Assembly (NCBI GenBank): GCA_951406725.2
Contig: OX597840.1
Span: forward strand, 21,700,001 to 21,764,000
Direction of reading: 5' to 3'
Source: Octopus vulgaris
Lineage: Eukaryota
DNA: 64,000 nucleotides
Position 1 is the first letter of the stretch; every line of letters begins with the position of its first letter. Position numbers and translations under genes: made by a program. The notes under the pieces were generated by a model. It saw only the letters and a list, made by a program, of their open reading frames with translations, ran no database searches and was not told the DNA's origin. This document shows, in pieces, positions 27,356-40,650 of this stretch.

Positions 27356-30300
27356 TTTAACCCCCTTAGCATTTGAACAGGCCATGTGTGGCCCAGATAT
27401 TCTGTTTTATGTTCAAACTTGCCAAATCTGGCCTCCCGTACATTCGCTACATTGTCATTCTGAAGAATAAACAATAGGCGTGGGCATGGCTGTGTGGTTA
27501 GGGAGCTTGCTTCCTAGCTACATGGTTTCGGGTTCAGTCCCACCATGTGGCACTTTGGGCAAATGTCTTCTGCTAGAGCCCCGGGACGACTGAAGCTTTG
27601 TGATTGAATTTGGTAGGCAGAAGTTACTGCCATGTGTGTATATGTGTGTGTAGGTGCTTGTGCCTCTCTGACAAAGAGAGAGAAAAAACTACCTCGCTTG
27701 GCAACAGGTAGGGGTTGACGCTTAGCACTGCACATATGTACATACATTTTTTCGTCCAACCCATGCTAGCATGGAAAGCGGACGTTAAACGATGATGATG
27801 GTGATGCATCATCGACTTCTCAAAGCTCCAAGACAATGCTTGATTAATTCGAGGCAATGTGAATAAATAAATTTAGCATTTGGCAGAGTAATCTGAATGC
27901 TAAAGGGTCAACCCTTATGTTATCAGATTTTTGTCAACATATGCTGGCTTTGTTTCAGTTAATTTTTAAAATAACTTTCTCATTATTAAGCTGGGGTCTG
28001 GAACTAATTAGCATAAAATTTTAATGGATTATTATAATTGATACATCTTTAAAACAGTAAGTTTGTCATGAAACTTGGGGTGGTTTCAAGCTGGTTGATA
28101 TAAAAAGGGTTCAAGTAAATGAAACTTGTGGTAGAAGGAGACCCAGGAAGATGAGGAGGAAGTGGTGGAAGCTGATCTCGTGAGTTTGACTCTCATACAA
28201 GTGATGGCAAAGAACTGGAATGACTGTCAGTATGTGGTGCTCAAGATGACCCACCTATCTTGGTGAAAATGAGGTTTTGCAATCTTAATGGGGGCCCTCG
28301 CCTAATCTTCTCATCAGATCTTCCTTTCACCCCCTCATTCTGTATCACTCATATCTTCTACATTCCCACCTTCCTTGGGGGGGGGGGTGTCTTATAGAGG
28401 GTGATGGGTACAGCCTTCTCTCTTGACTTGAAAAAATAAAATATAAAAAAGATTCTTTTTTTGCAAAAACACATTAGTGGAGTTTTGGAATAGTTTTTCC
28501 TTATAACAACATTTTTTTTTGTTTTTGTATTCCAATGTTCAAAATATATATTTTCCATATTTTGGTTCTCCACTTCAGAATTTTGGTCTAACCCTATTTT
28601 TTTTTATTTTGGGTGTGGAATTTCACTTCATTTTGTGATATTCTTCTGTTTCAAAAAAAACTGAAATTATCTTTAAAAACAAAAAAAAAAAAAACAACCT
28701 AATTTAATTACATTTTTCACCTGTGCAGTTTTTTCTGGGAACCTCTCTCGACAAGAAGAGAACATCATTCACAAATAGCTACAACTGCATCCCTAGCATT
28801 GCCACTTATCTTCAGGAACAGAAAATATTTTGGCCCACAATAATTCCTGACACTTGATAAAGCTGAATGAAGCCCATGATGGAGCACTGTATGCACACAC
28901 TGGACTACTCTAGAGAAGCTCCTTTCAACTGATTTGCATTGAATCACTCACAGATGTGTTCTAGATTCTGACCCCTAACATGTTTCGCCTTCTCTCTGTG
29001 TTTTCTTTCAATGTCATAATGCCTTCTGCTCCTTGGAACTAGCTGGTCTTGTACTGCTTTAAAGATGATGGAGACTTAAGGGGCTGTTGGAAAAATTGAT
29101 TTTTGGAAGAAAAACATCTTTTTTTTTTTAGAATGGTAATTTCAGTTGTTTGAAACACAGGAATCTTTTAATGTCTTTGTCCCGTTCTGGCATGGGCTGG
29201 ACAGTTTGCCAGGAACTGGCAAGTCAGAGGATTGCCCCAAGCTCCACTGTCTGCTTTGGCATGGGTTCTATGGCTAGCTGACCTTCCTAATGCCAACCAC
29301 TTTACAGAGTGTCATGGATGTGTTTTTATGTGGCACCAATGAGGCCATTAAGTCACTCGCAAGACAAAGCCCCTCGACTGAAATAGGGAGTAGGGTTGAA
29401 GGAGGAGGGTTTTTGCCACGTGATGAGAGTCAGCAGGAACCAACTTACCTACCCCTACTACTTCTCTTTTATTTACCTTCATTATATATTGTCTTTAATC
29501 CTCTTGGGACACCTGAGCCGATTGACTGGCCCAAATGATTCAAGCTGAAATGAAATGTTTTGAAGTGTAATAACCAATCAGAGATGTTCTTCCAGTAAAT
29601 ATAATATAAAAACTATATAATATATATAGTTTTTATAGACTAATGAAAGAGTTTTAGGCATTTTATCCTTTGTTTTCTACATACACCCATCAACCTCAAT
29701 CTCAACAGAAAAAAAAAACAAAAAACACTTTGGTCTTTTTGGCTACACATACCAAAACACTGTGTCCCTCAAGAGGGTCAGCTAAATATTTCTATGTTAA
29801 GTGCTTTTCTTTCTTGTAATGCCTATGTTTTTAAAATGGAAATATCAGTACATCTGAAAATTAATGATTTTTTAAAAAAAGTATTGTTCTTAATTAAATA
29901 CTAATAAGTTACCTGAATGTGTTACCTGAAAAAAGAATGTTAACATAAAAATTTATAGTCATTTTCACAAATATGATATTTGTTGCTTTTAAAATGACAA
30001 TTTTTTTTTCTTGTAGCAAACAATATTTTTTCATTTCATCATTTCAACTAAACAACAAATGTTTGTTTAATATATATTTTTTACTTGATATATTTTCTAT
30101 ACTTTATATGTAGAGAAAACCATAGAGTTTACTTTATTCATTCCTCAGAACTTCAAAAAATACTCTCTAAATCTCTGCATTTATCTGAAAGAGAAAAAAA
30201 CCACATGATTAATTCAAAATAATGTGAATAAATAAGCATAACATTTGAGAGTAATCAGAACCCTAAAAAATTAACCCTTTTCATACCAACTTACTTGAGA

Positions 30301-30809
30301 TCATCCCTGGTTCAATGGTACAAACTTCCTGTTTAAAGTGTTTTAAATTAAAATCTTCCTTCAAAATTTTATGTAAATTTATGCTCCTGTGACCAGCTTA
30401 AAAATGACCAGTTCTGTAGCATTGTGCCAAATTTTTGCTGCAGCCCATCTTCTATGCCAAGACAAAACCTGTACATGTTAACATTTCCAATCAGTTAAGA
30501 TCAGAAGTCATGAGAGCCACTGCCTGGTACTGCATCAGGGCATTGATGCTCCCCCACTATTCTTGCTCGTGGTTAGAGATGCACATATCACCAGCCACTA
30601 AGGGTCATGTTCATTTGGTTAAGGTCAAGCAACTGACAAACAAATCTGTAGTACTGAGCAGAATATCTGCTGGAGCCAATCTTTTACACCTAAATAAAAC
30701 ATACATGTTAAGACTTCCAATCAGTTAAAATCAGATGCCATGACAACCAGTGCCTGGTATTGCATCATGGCTATTTCTATCTGTTATTGTTCTATCTGTT
30801 ATCTGTTCC

Positions 30810-30996
30810 AATCATTTGACTGTGTCTATGCTGGGGCACCACCTTAAAGGGTTTTTTTTGTCAAGCAAATCAACCCCAGGTCTTATTTGTTTAAAAATCT
30901 AGTACTTATTTTGTTGGTCTCTTTTGCCAAACTGCTAAGTTACTGGAACATAAACACACCAACACTGGCTGTAAAGTGGTGGTAAAGGCTCAAGCA

Positions 30997-31042
<46 letters not shown>

Positions 31043-31212
31043 CACACACATATGACAAACTTCTTTCAGTTTCCGTCTACCAAATCCACTCACAAGGCTT
31101 TGGTCAGTCTGAGGCTACAGTATAAGACACTTGCCCAAGGTGCCACGCAGTGGGACTGAACCTGGAATGATGCGGTTGGGAAGTGAGTTTCTTTCCACAC
31201 AGCCGTGCCTGT
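30810..31212 (-). mobile_element. SINE family A copy with internal (CA)n
   Basis: Reverse complement of the family A head and tail. Confidence 0.75.
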
Positions 31213-32347
31213 GTCTGTTGTTATTATTGATTTCTCAAAAAACTGGATGTTATTTTAGTAATTAACGAGCAAGAATACATTTGTGTAGAAAATTAAGAAA
31301 AGCCATTAAGTACATTGGATTCAATGGATTGATGGACAAATAAGGAGATAAGGTTGTTTGGTTTGTGGTTTCAGGTTAGAGAAAAGCACACAGGGGACAA
31401 GTGTTGGGTCAGCATTGGTAACTGTGTTAGAAATAATGTTGTGAAAGTAGTTCAGAGATTGAATAGAGAACCAGGAATGAAATAGAATAAGAAAACAACA
31501 GGGGGAATAAACAAATAAGAGGGGAGAGAAATAAATAGAAAGGGAAGAGGTGGAGAGAAAGGAGAGCAAGAAGAGGGAGTAGGTTGGGATTGGGGAGAGG
31601 GAAGTATATAGAGTGGTAGGAAGAGGATAGAGAAATGTATGATAAATTATAGGAGAGTGAGTAAACATCATTATCTGCAGGTCAATAGTTCAAATGTCTG
31701 TAGGTGTTTGAATTGAAATTTAATATGTTGAAAAGAAGCTATTTTGGTGTGTGTGTGTGTGTGTGCATGTGTGCATTAATGCACCTGTTTCTGTCTTTGT
31801 TCTTTGAGTTCTACGCAAAGTGTCTTTTCATTTTTTATATCCAAAGTTGCTTCTAAACGTGGGTTTAAAAATATTACATTATAAATCTAAATACACAAAT
31901 TGATATAAATAGAAACAAATATGGTGTTTCTCTTCTGTCTTTGTTGTCAAAATCCATGTCCACTGGTCACTAACTTATTTCTCTTTGCTAATTTTTGTTT
32001 TAATTACACAAAAGTCACTAACTCTTCTCTGTCCTTTTGTTTATGTCTTATGTCTGCTAGAGTCAGGGTAAAACGCTGTGCTGATGATACCCACTAACAC
32101 AGAAACATATCTAAACCTTTGCAGCGTGGAAGGTGTTTATAAGCCATGAAAGGTGTTTATAAGCGATGAAAATATTTTGACAAATTAAACTTAAATGTTG
32201 GAGTGATTTGAACGGCTTTTGTGTGTTTCTTAAATGGCTTACAAACACCTTCCACGCTGCAATTGTTTTCGTTCCAGCACACGATCTCAGATCAAATCAC
32301 TTGCTATGCAAGTACATCTCCGTAATATCTAAACCTGTCCTCTTGTT

Positions 32348-32720
32348 TGTGGCTGTGTAGTAAGAAGCTTGTTTTCCAAACCATATGGTTCTAGGTTCAG
32401 TCCCACTGCATGGCACCTTGAACAAGTGTTTTCCACTATAGCTTCAGATTAACCAAAGCCTTATGAGTGAGTTTGGTTGATGGAAACTGAAAGAAACCCG
32501 TCTTTGTGTGTGTGTGTCTATGCTTGTCCCCCACGACCGCTTGGCAACTGGTGTTGGTGTGTTTATGTCCCTGTAACTTAGCAGTTTGGCAAAAACACAC
32601 CGATGGAATATGTACCAAACTTTAAAAAAAAAATGTCCTGGACTGATTTATTTGACTCACATTTCTTCAAAGCAGTGCTCCAGCATGGCTGTAGTCTAAT
32701 GACTGAAACAAGTAATAAGT
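32348..32720 (+). mobile_element. SINE family A copy
   Basis: Head, body and CAGCATGGCTGTAGTCTAATGACTGAAACAAG tail. Confidence 0.78.
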
Positions 32721-33978
32721 AATATCCTGTCTTTAACCCTTTAGCATTTAATCCGGCCCAAATAGTCTCCCTGTCTCTTTTTGTTAAAATTGACTTGATC
32801 CAACTCCTCACACCTACCTTACAATGCCATTCTAAAAATATACAAACACACTTTGAAATGTTGGAGCTACAAAATAATGCCTGATTAGTTCAAAACAATG
32901 TGAATTAATAGTGAATACATTTGACAAAGAAATCTGAAAACTAAAGAGTTCATGTCAGTTCTGGAGAATTCTTTATTCTTAAGATTACTTCTCTTCATTC
33001 TAAGTCTGTTGCATTTGTCTCCAAGCGTTTATTTAGCATCTCTGGAAACTCAGATGAGATCTTGTTAAATATCATTTAACCCTAATTTTTCAAATTTTTA
33101 CCTGTTTTCAATAAAAATGTTGTTTTGATGTGGTTTTATTTGCTGATGATAAAACTTGCATTCAGTTTTTTTTTGCTCTTAGAAATCAACAAGCTTTTCC
33201 ATTGTAGGCACAAGGCCTGGAATTTTCAGGGAGGGGTGGGTTAATCAATTACAGTGCTCCAATGGTACTTATGTCATCGACACAGAAAGGAATGAAAGGC
33301 AAAGTCGACCTTGGCTGAATTTGAACTCGGAACATAAAGACAGACGGAATGCTGCTAAGCATTTTCTCCACTCCGCTAACTTTGTAGAATTTAATAATTA
33401 AGAAGTTCCAAGCATTCAAAGTTTTGTAATTTGTGCCAGTCGAAAACCTCCATTGCTGATGTTGTCATGGAGATCAGTATATACAACAGTCAAAACCTTT
33501 ACATGGTCTCTCGATTTGCTAGAAATAGCTGCCAAGGCTTCCTCGAATTCTATGCACATTTATATTTAATATTACAAACTCTGCCCTCAAAAATGCTGTG
33601 TGTTATCAGTATATATAAAATGTGTAAGATAGCAAGCTGGCAGAGTCGTTAGCAGACCAGGCAAAAGTCTTAGCTGTATATCATCTGTCTTTACATTCTG
33701 AGTTCAAATTCCACCGAGGTTGACTTTACCTTTCATCTTTTCGGGGTCAATAAAGTAAGTACCAGTTGAACACTTAACTCCTCCCCAACATTACTGGCCT
33801 TGTGCCAAACATTGGAATCAATATATACAATCTGTTTATGATTACAAGTAATAATAAACATGTTTAATGTTGCTGTGAATTTAGGACCACAATACAAAGT
33901 ATTTGTACCCTAATTATGAATTTTAAGAAACTCACCAGAAAGGTTAGCCACAATTACGTTATATAATGTGTCATTTAA

Positions 33979-34203
33979 TCCTTTAGCAGTCAGATTACTC
34001 AGTCAACTGTAATGCTTATTCATTCATACTGCTTTGAATTAATCATGGATTATCTCATACCATTAGAATTCCGATGAAATGGTTGTTTACTTTTAAAATA
34101 ACATTGTAGGGTAGGTGTGAAAGGCTTGACCTGGCTGATTTCAATAAAAAAAACAGGTAGAACATTTGGGCCACTGGATATGGTTGGTTTGAATGTTAAA
34201 GGG
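33979..34203. mobile_element. piggyBac-type MITE (family 2)
   Basis: TTAA|TCCTTTAGCA ... TGTTAAAGGG|TTAA. Relatives near 18370, 27360, 32737, 52663, 53630-53890 and 56834. Confidence 0.75.
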
Positions 34204-34514
34204 TTAAGGAAGATTTGGCTGTTATTTCTAGCAGGTCAAGAGACAATGTACAAGTTAAAGTGCTGAAATCCTAGGCTGACCAAAGCCTCTTCAGTGGATT
34301 TGGTAGACAGAAACTGAAAGAAGACCAGTATGCATGTGTGTGTGTGTGTGTATATGTATATGTGTGTATGTATGTGTGTGCATGTATGTGTGCATTTATA
34401 TGTGTGTGTATGTGTATGTGTGTGTATGTGTATGTGTGTATATGTATATGTGTGAGTATATGTATATATGTGTGTGAATATATGTGTATATATGTGTGTA
34501 TGTATATATGTGTG

Positions 34515-34890
34515 TGTGTGGTAAGTAGCTTGCTAACCAACCACATGGTTCCGGGTTCAGTCCCACTGCGTGGCACCTTGGGCAAGTGTCTTCTGCTATA
34601 GCCCCGGGCCGACCAATGCCTTGTGAGTGGATTTGGTAGACGGAAACTAAAAGAAGCCTGTCATATATATGTATATATATATGTATGTGTTTGTGTGTCT
34701 GTGTTTGTCCCCCTAGCATTGCTTGACAACCGATGCTGGTGTGTTTAAGTCCCCGTCACTTAGCGGTTCGGCAAAAGAGACCGATAGAATAAGTACTGGG
34801 CTTACAAAGAATAAGTCCCGGGGTCGATTTGCTCGACTAAAGGCGGTGCTCCAGCATGGCCACAGTCAAATGACTGAAACAAGTAAAATA
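34515..34890 (+). mobile_element. SINE family A, young well-preserved copy
   Basis: Intact B-box GGTTCAGTCC, CpGs retained, tail GGCGGTGCTCCAGCATGGCCACAGTCAAATGACTGAAACAAG. Confidence 0.85.
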
Positions 34891-34908
34891 AAAAAATAAA
34901 AAAAATAC

Positions 34909-35595
34909 ATGCATATCAAGAAATCCTCTTGCGAGCGTGACCTAGGCATCACTGTCAGCAGTGATTTGCGTTGGTCAAAGCATATCTCTAAGATTGTCAG
35001 GAAGGCCGAGGGTGTCTTGGCATCACTCAGCAGGTCTTTTGTTAGCCGCTCTCCAGCCATCTATTTAAAACTGTATACAGCTATGGTACGACCACACTTG
35101 GAATTCGCATCATCAGTTTGGAACCCCTATCTTGCACAGAACATTGACCTCCTGGAATCTGTCCAGAGACGTGCAACCAAACGCATACCCTCCATCAGAC
35201 ACCTACCATATTCTGAGCGCCTTGTTTCCCTGGGCATGGATTCACTGAAGCTCCGGCGTTTGGCGACGGACTTGGTAAACACCCACAAAGTTATCAACCA
35301 CCTCACCAACAACAACACTGAACACCTTTTTGATCTCCATGTGTCTAACACACGTGGACATGCCTACAAAGTCAGAAAACAATACAGCTCCCATGACTTT
35401 CGGAAACATTTTTTCACGCTCAGAGTTGCTGAAGCATGGAATAAACTGCCTGCGTCAGTTGTTGACTGCCATGACACTGCATCTTTTAAGGCCCTCATGC
35501 TTTCCGAAATCCGCCGAAACTTCACCTGATTATATATACACTTTAGATGAGTTGTAGTGCACCTGAGCACTGTACACAATTATTATTATTATTAT
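34909..35595 (+). mobile_element. 5'-truncated CR1-group LINE with (TTA)n tail
   Basis: 206-aa open frame ERDLGI..LYTAMVRPHLEFASSVWNP..LESVQRRATK..TRGHAYK..RVAEAWNKLP. Confidence 0.92.
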
Positions 35596-35636
35596 ACACA
35601 CACATGTACATACATATGTATATAGGTATGCATATA

Positions 35637-36372
35637 TGGGTACAGGACGTCACAAAATGTAAACAACATGAAATACAAAAACAACGTTGGGTGCGCAAAG
35701 AACGAGAGAAACAATGGAAAACAAGACAACCTAAAAAATGACCCTTCATCATTTGTCGGCTGTGTTCCTCCGCCTCCTCCTTAATATATTTGATGTGACT
35801 CTTTCTCTTACTGTTCCCCCCTCTCTCTCTCTCTCATCCTTTCTCTAATTTTTTCTCTCCCCTTCACCGTTTTCTATCTGTCTGTATCTCTCTCTTTCTC
35901 CCTCCTTTACTCTCTCTCTCGTTGCTCACACATGACCATCGTCCATCTTTCCTTTCTTCACATGATCATCTATCTTTTCCTTCAGTTTGTTGTACAGTCC
36001 TATCTGTCTCCTCGCCTATCTCTTCTCTTATCAAAGAATCTTCTTCCAGCATTTGCTCCCTTACCTCGTCTGAACCTAGCGGCCCTCCCTGTTTGTATTC
36101 ATTTGGTTTGGTTTGTTGTATGTCCTGTTTTTGTTATCAACTTTGACCCTCTGCAAATCCCAAATTCTATTTTGGTTCGCAGGAGCAACTGCCTTCAAAG
36201 TTTTATCTTGTCATTCATTCCTTGAAATAAGGAGTAGAAGGACAGCCGACAACTGATGAAGGGTCGTTTTTTATTTTACATTTTTTGTTTATCATTGTTT
36301 TTCTCGCTTTTTGCGTACCCAACGTGATTTTCATATTTCATGTTGTTTACGTTTTGTGACATCCTGTACCCA
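35637..36372. mobile_element. Foldback/long-TIR element (~125 bp imperfect TIRs)
   Basis: TGGGTACAGGACGTCACAAAA...CCCTTCATCATTTGTCGGCTGT is mirrored by ACAGCCGACAACTGATGAAGGG...TTTTGTGACATCCTGTACCCA. Confidence 0.8.
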
Positions 36373-36464
36373 CATTAAGCATATATAATATATATTATTT
36401 ATATTATTATTTGATTGAACACCATGCATACATTTCCAAGTAAGTTTTACCTTTATATATATAT

Positions 36465-36938
36465 ATATATTAATAAATAAAACATATGCATATATACATA
36501 CATATATGTACGTACCTACCTCTACATGTATATATACACGCATATATGAGTACAGGACACCAAAAAAAACGTTGAACACAATGAGAAACGAAAACATAGA
36601 CACAAACCCAAGGAACTGGACATTTTTCTTAAACAACAAAAAAATAGAGTACAGGACAAATAACACAACGAAAAAAACCCCTTCTTCAGTCACCATGGTT
36701 TCATCTACTCTACGACTGGAGAAGGGGTTTTTTCCTTGTGTTATTTGTCCTGTACTCTATTTTTTTGTTGTTTAAGAAAAATGTCCAGTTCCTTGGGTTT
36801 GTGTCTATGTTTTCGTTTCTCATTGTGTTCAACGTTTTTTTGGTGTCCTGTACTCATATATGCGTGTATATATACATGTAGAGGTAGGTACGTACATATA
36901 TGTATGTATATATGCATATGTTTTATTTATTAATATAT
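36465..36938. repeat. Near-perfect ~225 bp inverted repeat with a 22-nt spacer (foldback element)
   Basis: Arms 36465-36691 and 36714-36938 are reverse complements with only a few mismatches. Confidence 0.92.
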
Positions 36939-37209
36939 TATATGACAGAACACACGCATCCCTTTCTAAGTAAGATTGTTCTTGATATATATATTTATAT
37001 ATATATTGGAGGAATTTGACTTGCTAAAATAACCTACGTTTAAATACCTGTAATTCCATTATTATTAGTTTCTAGAAAATAATGGAAGTGATTTTTGTGT
37101 TTAGCCTGCAAGAATTACATCAGAACTTATATTCTTTGAAAATGATTTGGTGAAAATTTGAAAGACCTCAATTGGTTGGAAGAGATTTAACAAGATCTGA
37201 AGGAGAGGT

Positions 37210-37603
37210 ACAGGTGTGACTGTGTGGTTAGAAGATTGCTTTCCAACCACATGGTTCTGGGTTCAGTTCCACTGCATGGCACCTTGGGCAAGTGTCTCCT
37301 TCTATGGCCTCAGGCCAACCAAAGCTTTGTGAGTGAGTTTGGTAGATGGAAACTGAAAGAAGCCCAGAATATATAATGTATATATCTATGTGTGTAATGT
37401 GTCTTTGTTTGTTGCCCACCACTGCTTGACAACTGGTGTTGGTGTGTTTATGTCTCTGTAACTTAGCAGTTCGGCAAAAGAGGTCGACAGAATAAGTACT
37501 AGGCTTAAAAACAAAGATAAGTCCTGAGGTTGATTTGTTTGACTAAAACCCTTCAAGGTGGTGCCCCAGTATGGCCACAGTTGAATGGCTGAAACAAGTA
37601 AAA
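37210..37603 (+). mobile_element. SINE family A copy
   Basis: Complete head to tail, followed by an A-run. Confidence 0.8.
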
Positions 37604-38648
37604 GCCAAAAAAAAAAAAAAAAAGAACAGACGAGATAATTTCTATAACTCAAATATTTGTTTATCTTGTATGGCATTTAATAGACCTTTACCTGTCTTCT
37701 TTGTCTGAGCTTGTGCCACTGGTTAAACCTATTTCTCTTGGCTCACATTCGTCCATAGTTTTCACATCCGTTTTTCCCATGACAATATGGATTCATTGCT
37801 GAAGTATTCTCCTACGACCACAACTGCTTCCTCCTCCAACCTTTACCTGTTTTTCAAGCTTTTGTTAAACATATCGAAAGTATAGAGCTTCTGCAAGATT
37901 TGCCGTGAAGGGAATTTCAACAGACAAGTGCAGGTGTGAGCCGTGTGTTTGAGATGCTTGGGTTCAGGCCCACTGTCTGGCACATTGGGCAAGTGTCTTC
38001 CACTGTAGCCCTTGGTCGACCAAAGCTACTTGAGTGGATATGGTAGACAGAAACTGGAAGAAGACCATTGTGTGTGTGTTGTGTGCCCCAGCATGGCCAC
38101 AGTCTAATGACTGAAACAAGTAAAAGGTAAAAGATGTTGTGTGTATGTATATATATATATCATCATCATCGTTTAGCGTCTGTTTTCCGTGCTAGCATGG
38201 GTTGGACGGTTCGACCGGGGTCTGGGAAGCCAGGGGCTGCACCAGGCTCCAGTCTGATCTGGCAGTGTTTCTACAGCTGGATGCCCTTCCTAATGCCAAC
38301 CACTTCGCGAGTGTAGTGGGTGCTTTTTATGTGCCACCTGCACAGGTGCCAGGGGAGTCTATATATGTTTATGTGTATGTGTATGTGTATATATATATGT
38401 ATGTGAGAAACACCTGTTGTCAAGTGGTAGGTTGTAGGGGACAAATACGAACACAAAGACACATACATACATACAGATATCATCATCATTTAACATCCAT
38501 TTTCTATGCTGGCATGGGTTGGACAGTTTGACAGGAGCTGGCAAGCTTGAGGGCTGCACCAAGCTCACTTGTCCATCTTGGTATGTTTTCTTCAACAGGA
38601 TGCCCTTCCTAACACCAACTACTTTATCGCCTGCACTGGGTGCTCTGT

Positions 38649-38680
<32 letters not shown>

Positions 38681-39540
38681 CATCATCATCATCGTTTAAC
38701 GTTTGTTTTCCGTGCTAGCATGGGTTGGACGGTTCGACCGGGGTCTGGGAAGCCAGCTGGCTGTACCTGGCTCCAGTCTGATCTGGCAGTGGTTCTACAG
38801 TGGTCCTAACGCCAACCACTCTCTGAGTGAAGTGGGCGCTTTTTACGTGCCACCGGCACGGGGGCCAGAGGAGGCTGGCAACGACCACGATCAGTTGGTG
38901 CTATTTACGTGTATGTTAAAATGAATATGATTATGATGATCATTATTATTTAATATCTGTCTTCCATAGGTTGAATGGTTTAATAGGACCGTACGAGTTG
39001 TGGGCCTGCATTGTGCTCCAGTATCTGCTTTGGCATGGTTTCTGCACTTGGATGCTTCCACTAACACTTAAAGCCCCCATTTTATAGTGTACAATAAGGC
39101 TTTCTTTGATGGCATTGGCGCAAGTGAGGTTGTCTTACAACTTACAAGACTTAGGGCCAAATTTGGTTCCTAGAAGAGAGAGAGGGTGTGATGATTCTAG
39201 GCAGGGTGTTATAGGAGGGTGAGGTCTAATGAAAGGAACAGGATGGTTGTGGAGAGTAACAAAGTTGACCCTGTTGAAGGAGGGGATAAGGAAAGAATAA
39301 GAGAGAGTGGGTTAGTGACTAAAAGGAAGGGCAGAGTAGGAGGATGATGAGGTTTCGTGTGCAGGAGAGGGTTCCAGAGCTGTCCCACATTTTAAGGGTG
39401 AGCATGGATGAAAAGTGTGAGGGGAAAGGGAACAAGAAAGGGAGAAATACATGAAGGGGGCAAAGACTCCGACATACATATGTATATATACACACAGATG
39501 TCCAAACACACATAGGCAGGTTTATAACTATCCCCTCAAT

Positions 39541-39865
39541 CTCTATCTGTCTGTGTGTCTTCTCTGATTATCTACTTGTCTGTCTATCTATCTATCTTTC
39601 TGTCCATCTATCTATCTCCCTATATATCTCTCTGTCTGTCTATCTATCTCTCTGTCTAATCTATCTATCTGTCTTTCTATCTATCTCTCTGTCTGTCTAT
39701 CTATCTCTCTGTCTGTCTATCTATCTCTCTGTCTGTCTGTCTATCTATCTATCTGTCTTTCTATCTATCTATTTGTCTATCTATCTCTCTGTCTGTCTAT
39801 CTGTCTTTCTATCTATCTATCTGTCTTTCTATCTATCTATCTATCTATCTCTTTCTTTCTTTCTA
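39541..39865. repeat. (CTAT)n/(CTGT)n compound microsatellite
   Basis: Directly visible. Confidence 0.92.
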
Positions 39866-40597
39866 CCTGTCTTTTTGACTGTGTGTATGTGTGTCTGGCT
39901 ATGCTACTATTCGTAATCGAATTCCAGTGAGTAGGAGCATGGCACTGAATTCCTTTCCCACTCGCCTGGTTCCGGTATCGATCCTACTCTCTCTCCCTTC
40001 TATTTATTATATTCTGGATCGACGAAAACAACGCGGAAACCCGTTTGTTATAAACCTCAACCGTAACTAGACACCCTAGTCTTATTTATCACACAGTGAG
40101 ACGTTGAGTCTCTCCGAAGATTAACATTTGTGGCTATAAGTTTCCGTGGTGTACTCAACCACTCATACAAAGAATAAGGTAGTTTTATTCACGGAACGAC
40201 TGGAACTCTCATTCGTCGAAATCGATACGAGATTTCATCATCTGACTCCACAAGACAATAAAAATAGACTTGCCATTCCGACTCGCTCTTCATCCGTAAT
40301 TTCTGACCCATCCATTATTACCCATCATTCATGACACTCCACCACCACCTCCTTCTTCTTCTTCTTCTCTCTCTACTTTCATTTTCCGCTAATTATTCAA
40401 TTATTCGTTATTATTATTATTATTATTAAGCCAAATATTATTATTTTTTTTTATTAAAAAAAAAATGCTACAACGCCCTCCACCCCCTTTAATTTTTTTT
40501 TCTGTGTGAACTCGACCCCCCCCCCTGCTAATCGAGTTGTTTTCGTTTTATTCTCCTCCGACCCCCCACCATTTTTAAAAGCCTTCTTCCATGCTCT

Positions 40598-40650
40598 CCA
40601 TTTCCGGTTCCGTCTAAATTTGAGCTATAAGAACACTTCCGGTTGTCTTC
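40598..40650. promoter_or_regulatory. Probable CNOT2 promoter core with Ets-type motifs
   Basis: ATTTCCGGTTCCG at ~40600 and CACTTCCGG at 40634-40642, inside a CpG-retaining, transposon-poor island (~39.9-41.1 kb) upstream of the CNOT2 exons. Confidence 0.5.

Noticed and set aside
36230-36270. Hammerhead ribozyme (CTGATGA)
   Set aside because: I could not build the three stems with a correctly placed GAAA. Kept only as a motif note.
40274-40315. F-actin capping protein alpha first exon (ITDEERV resembles VSDEEKV)
   Set aside because: The match is short, and I found no downstream APPGEF-type exon in the 40 kb to the left.
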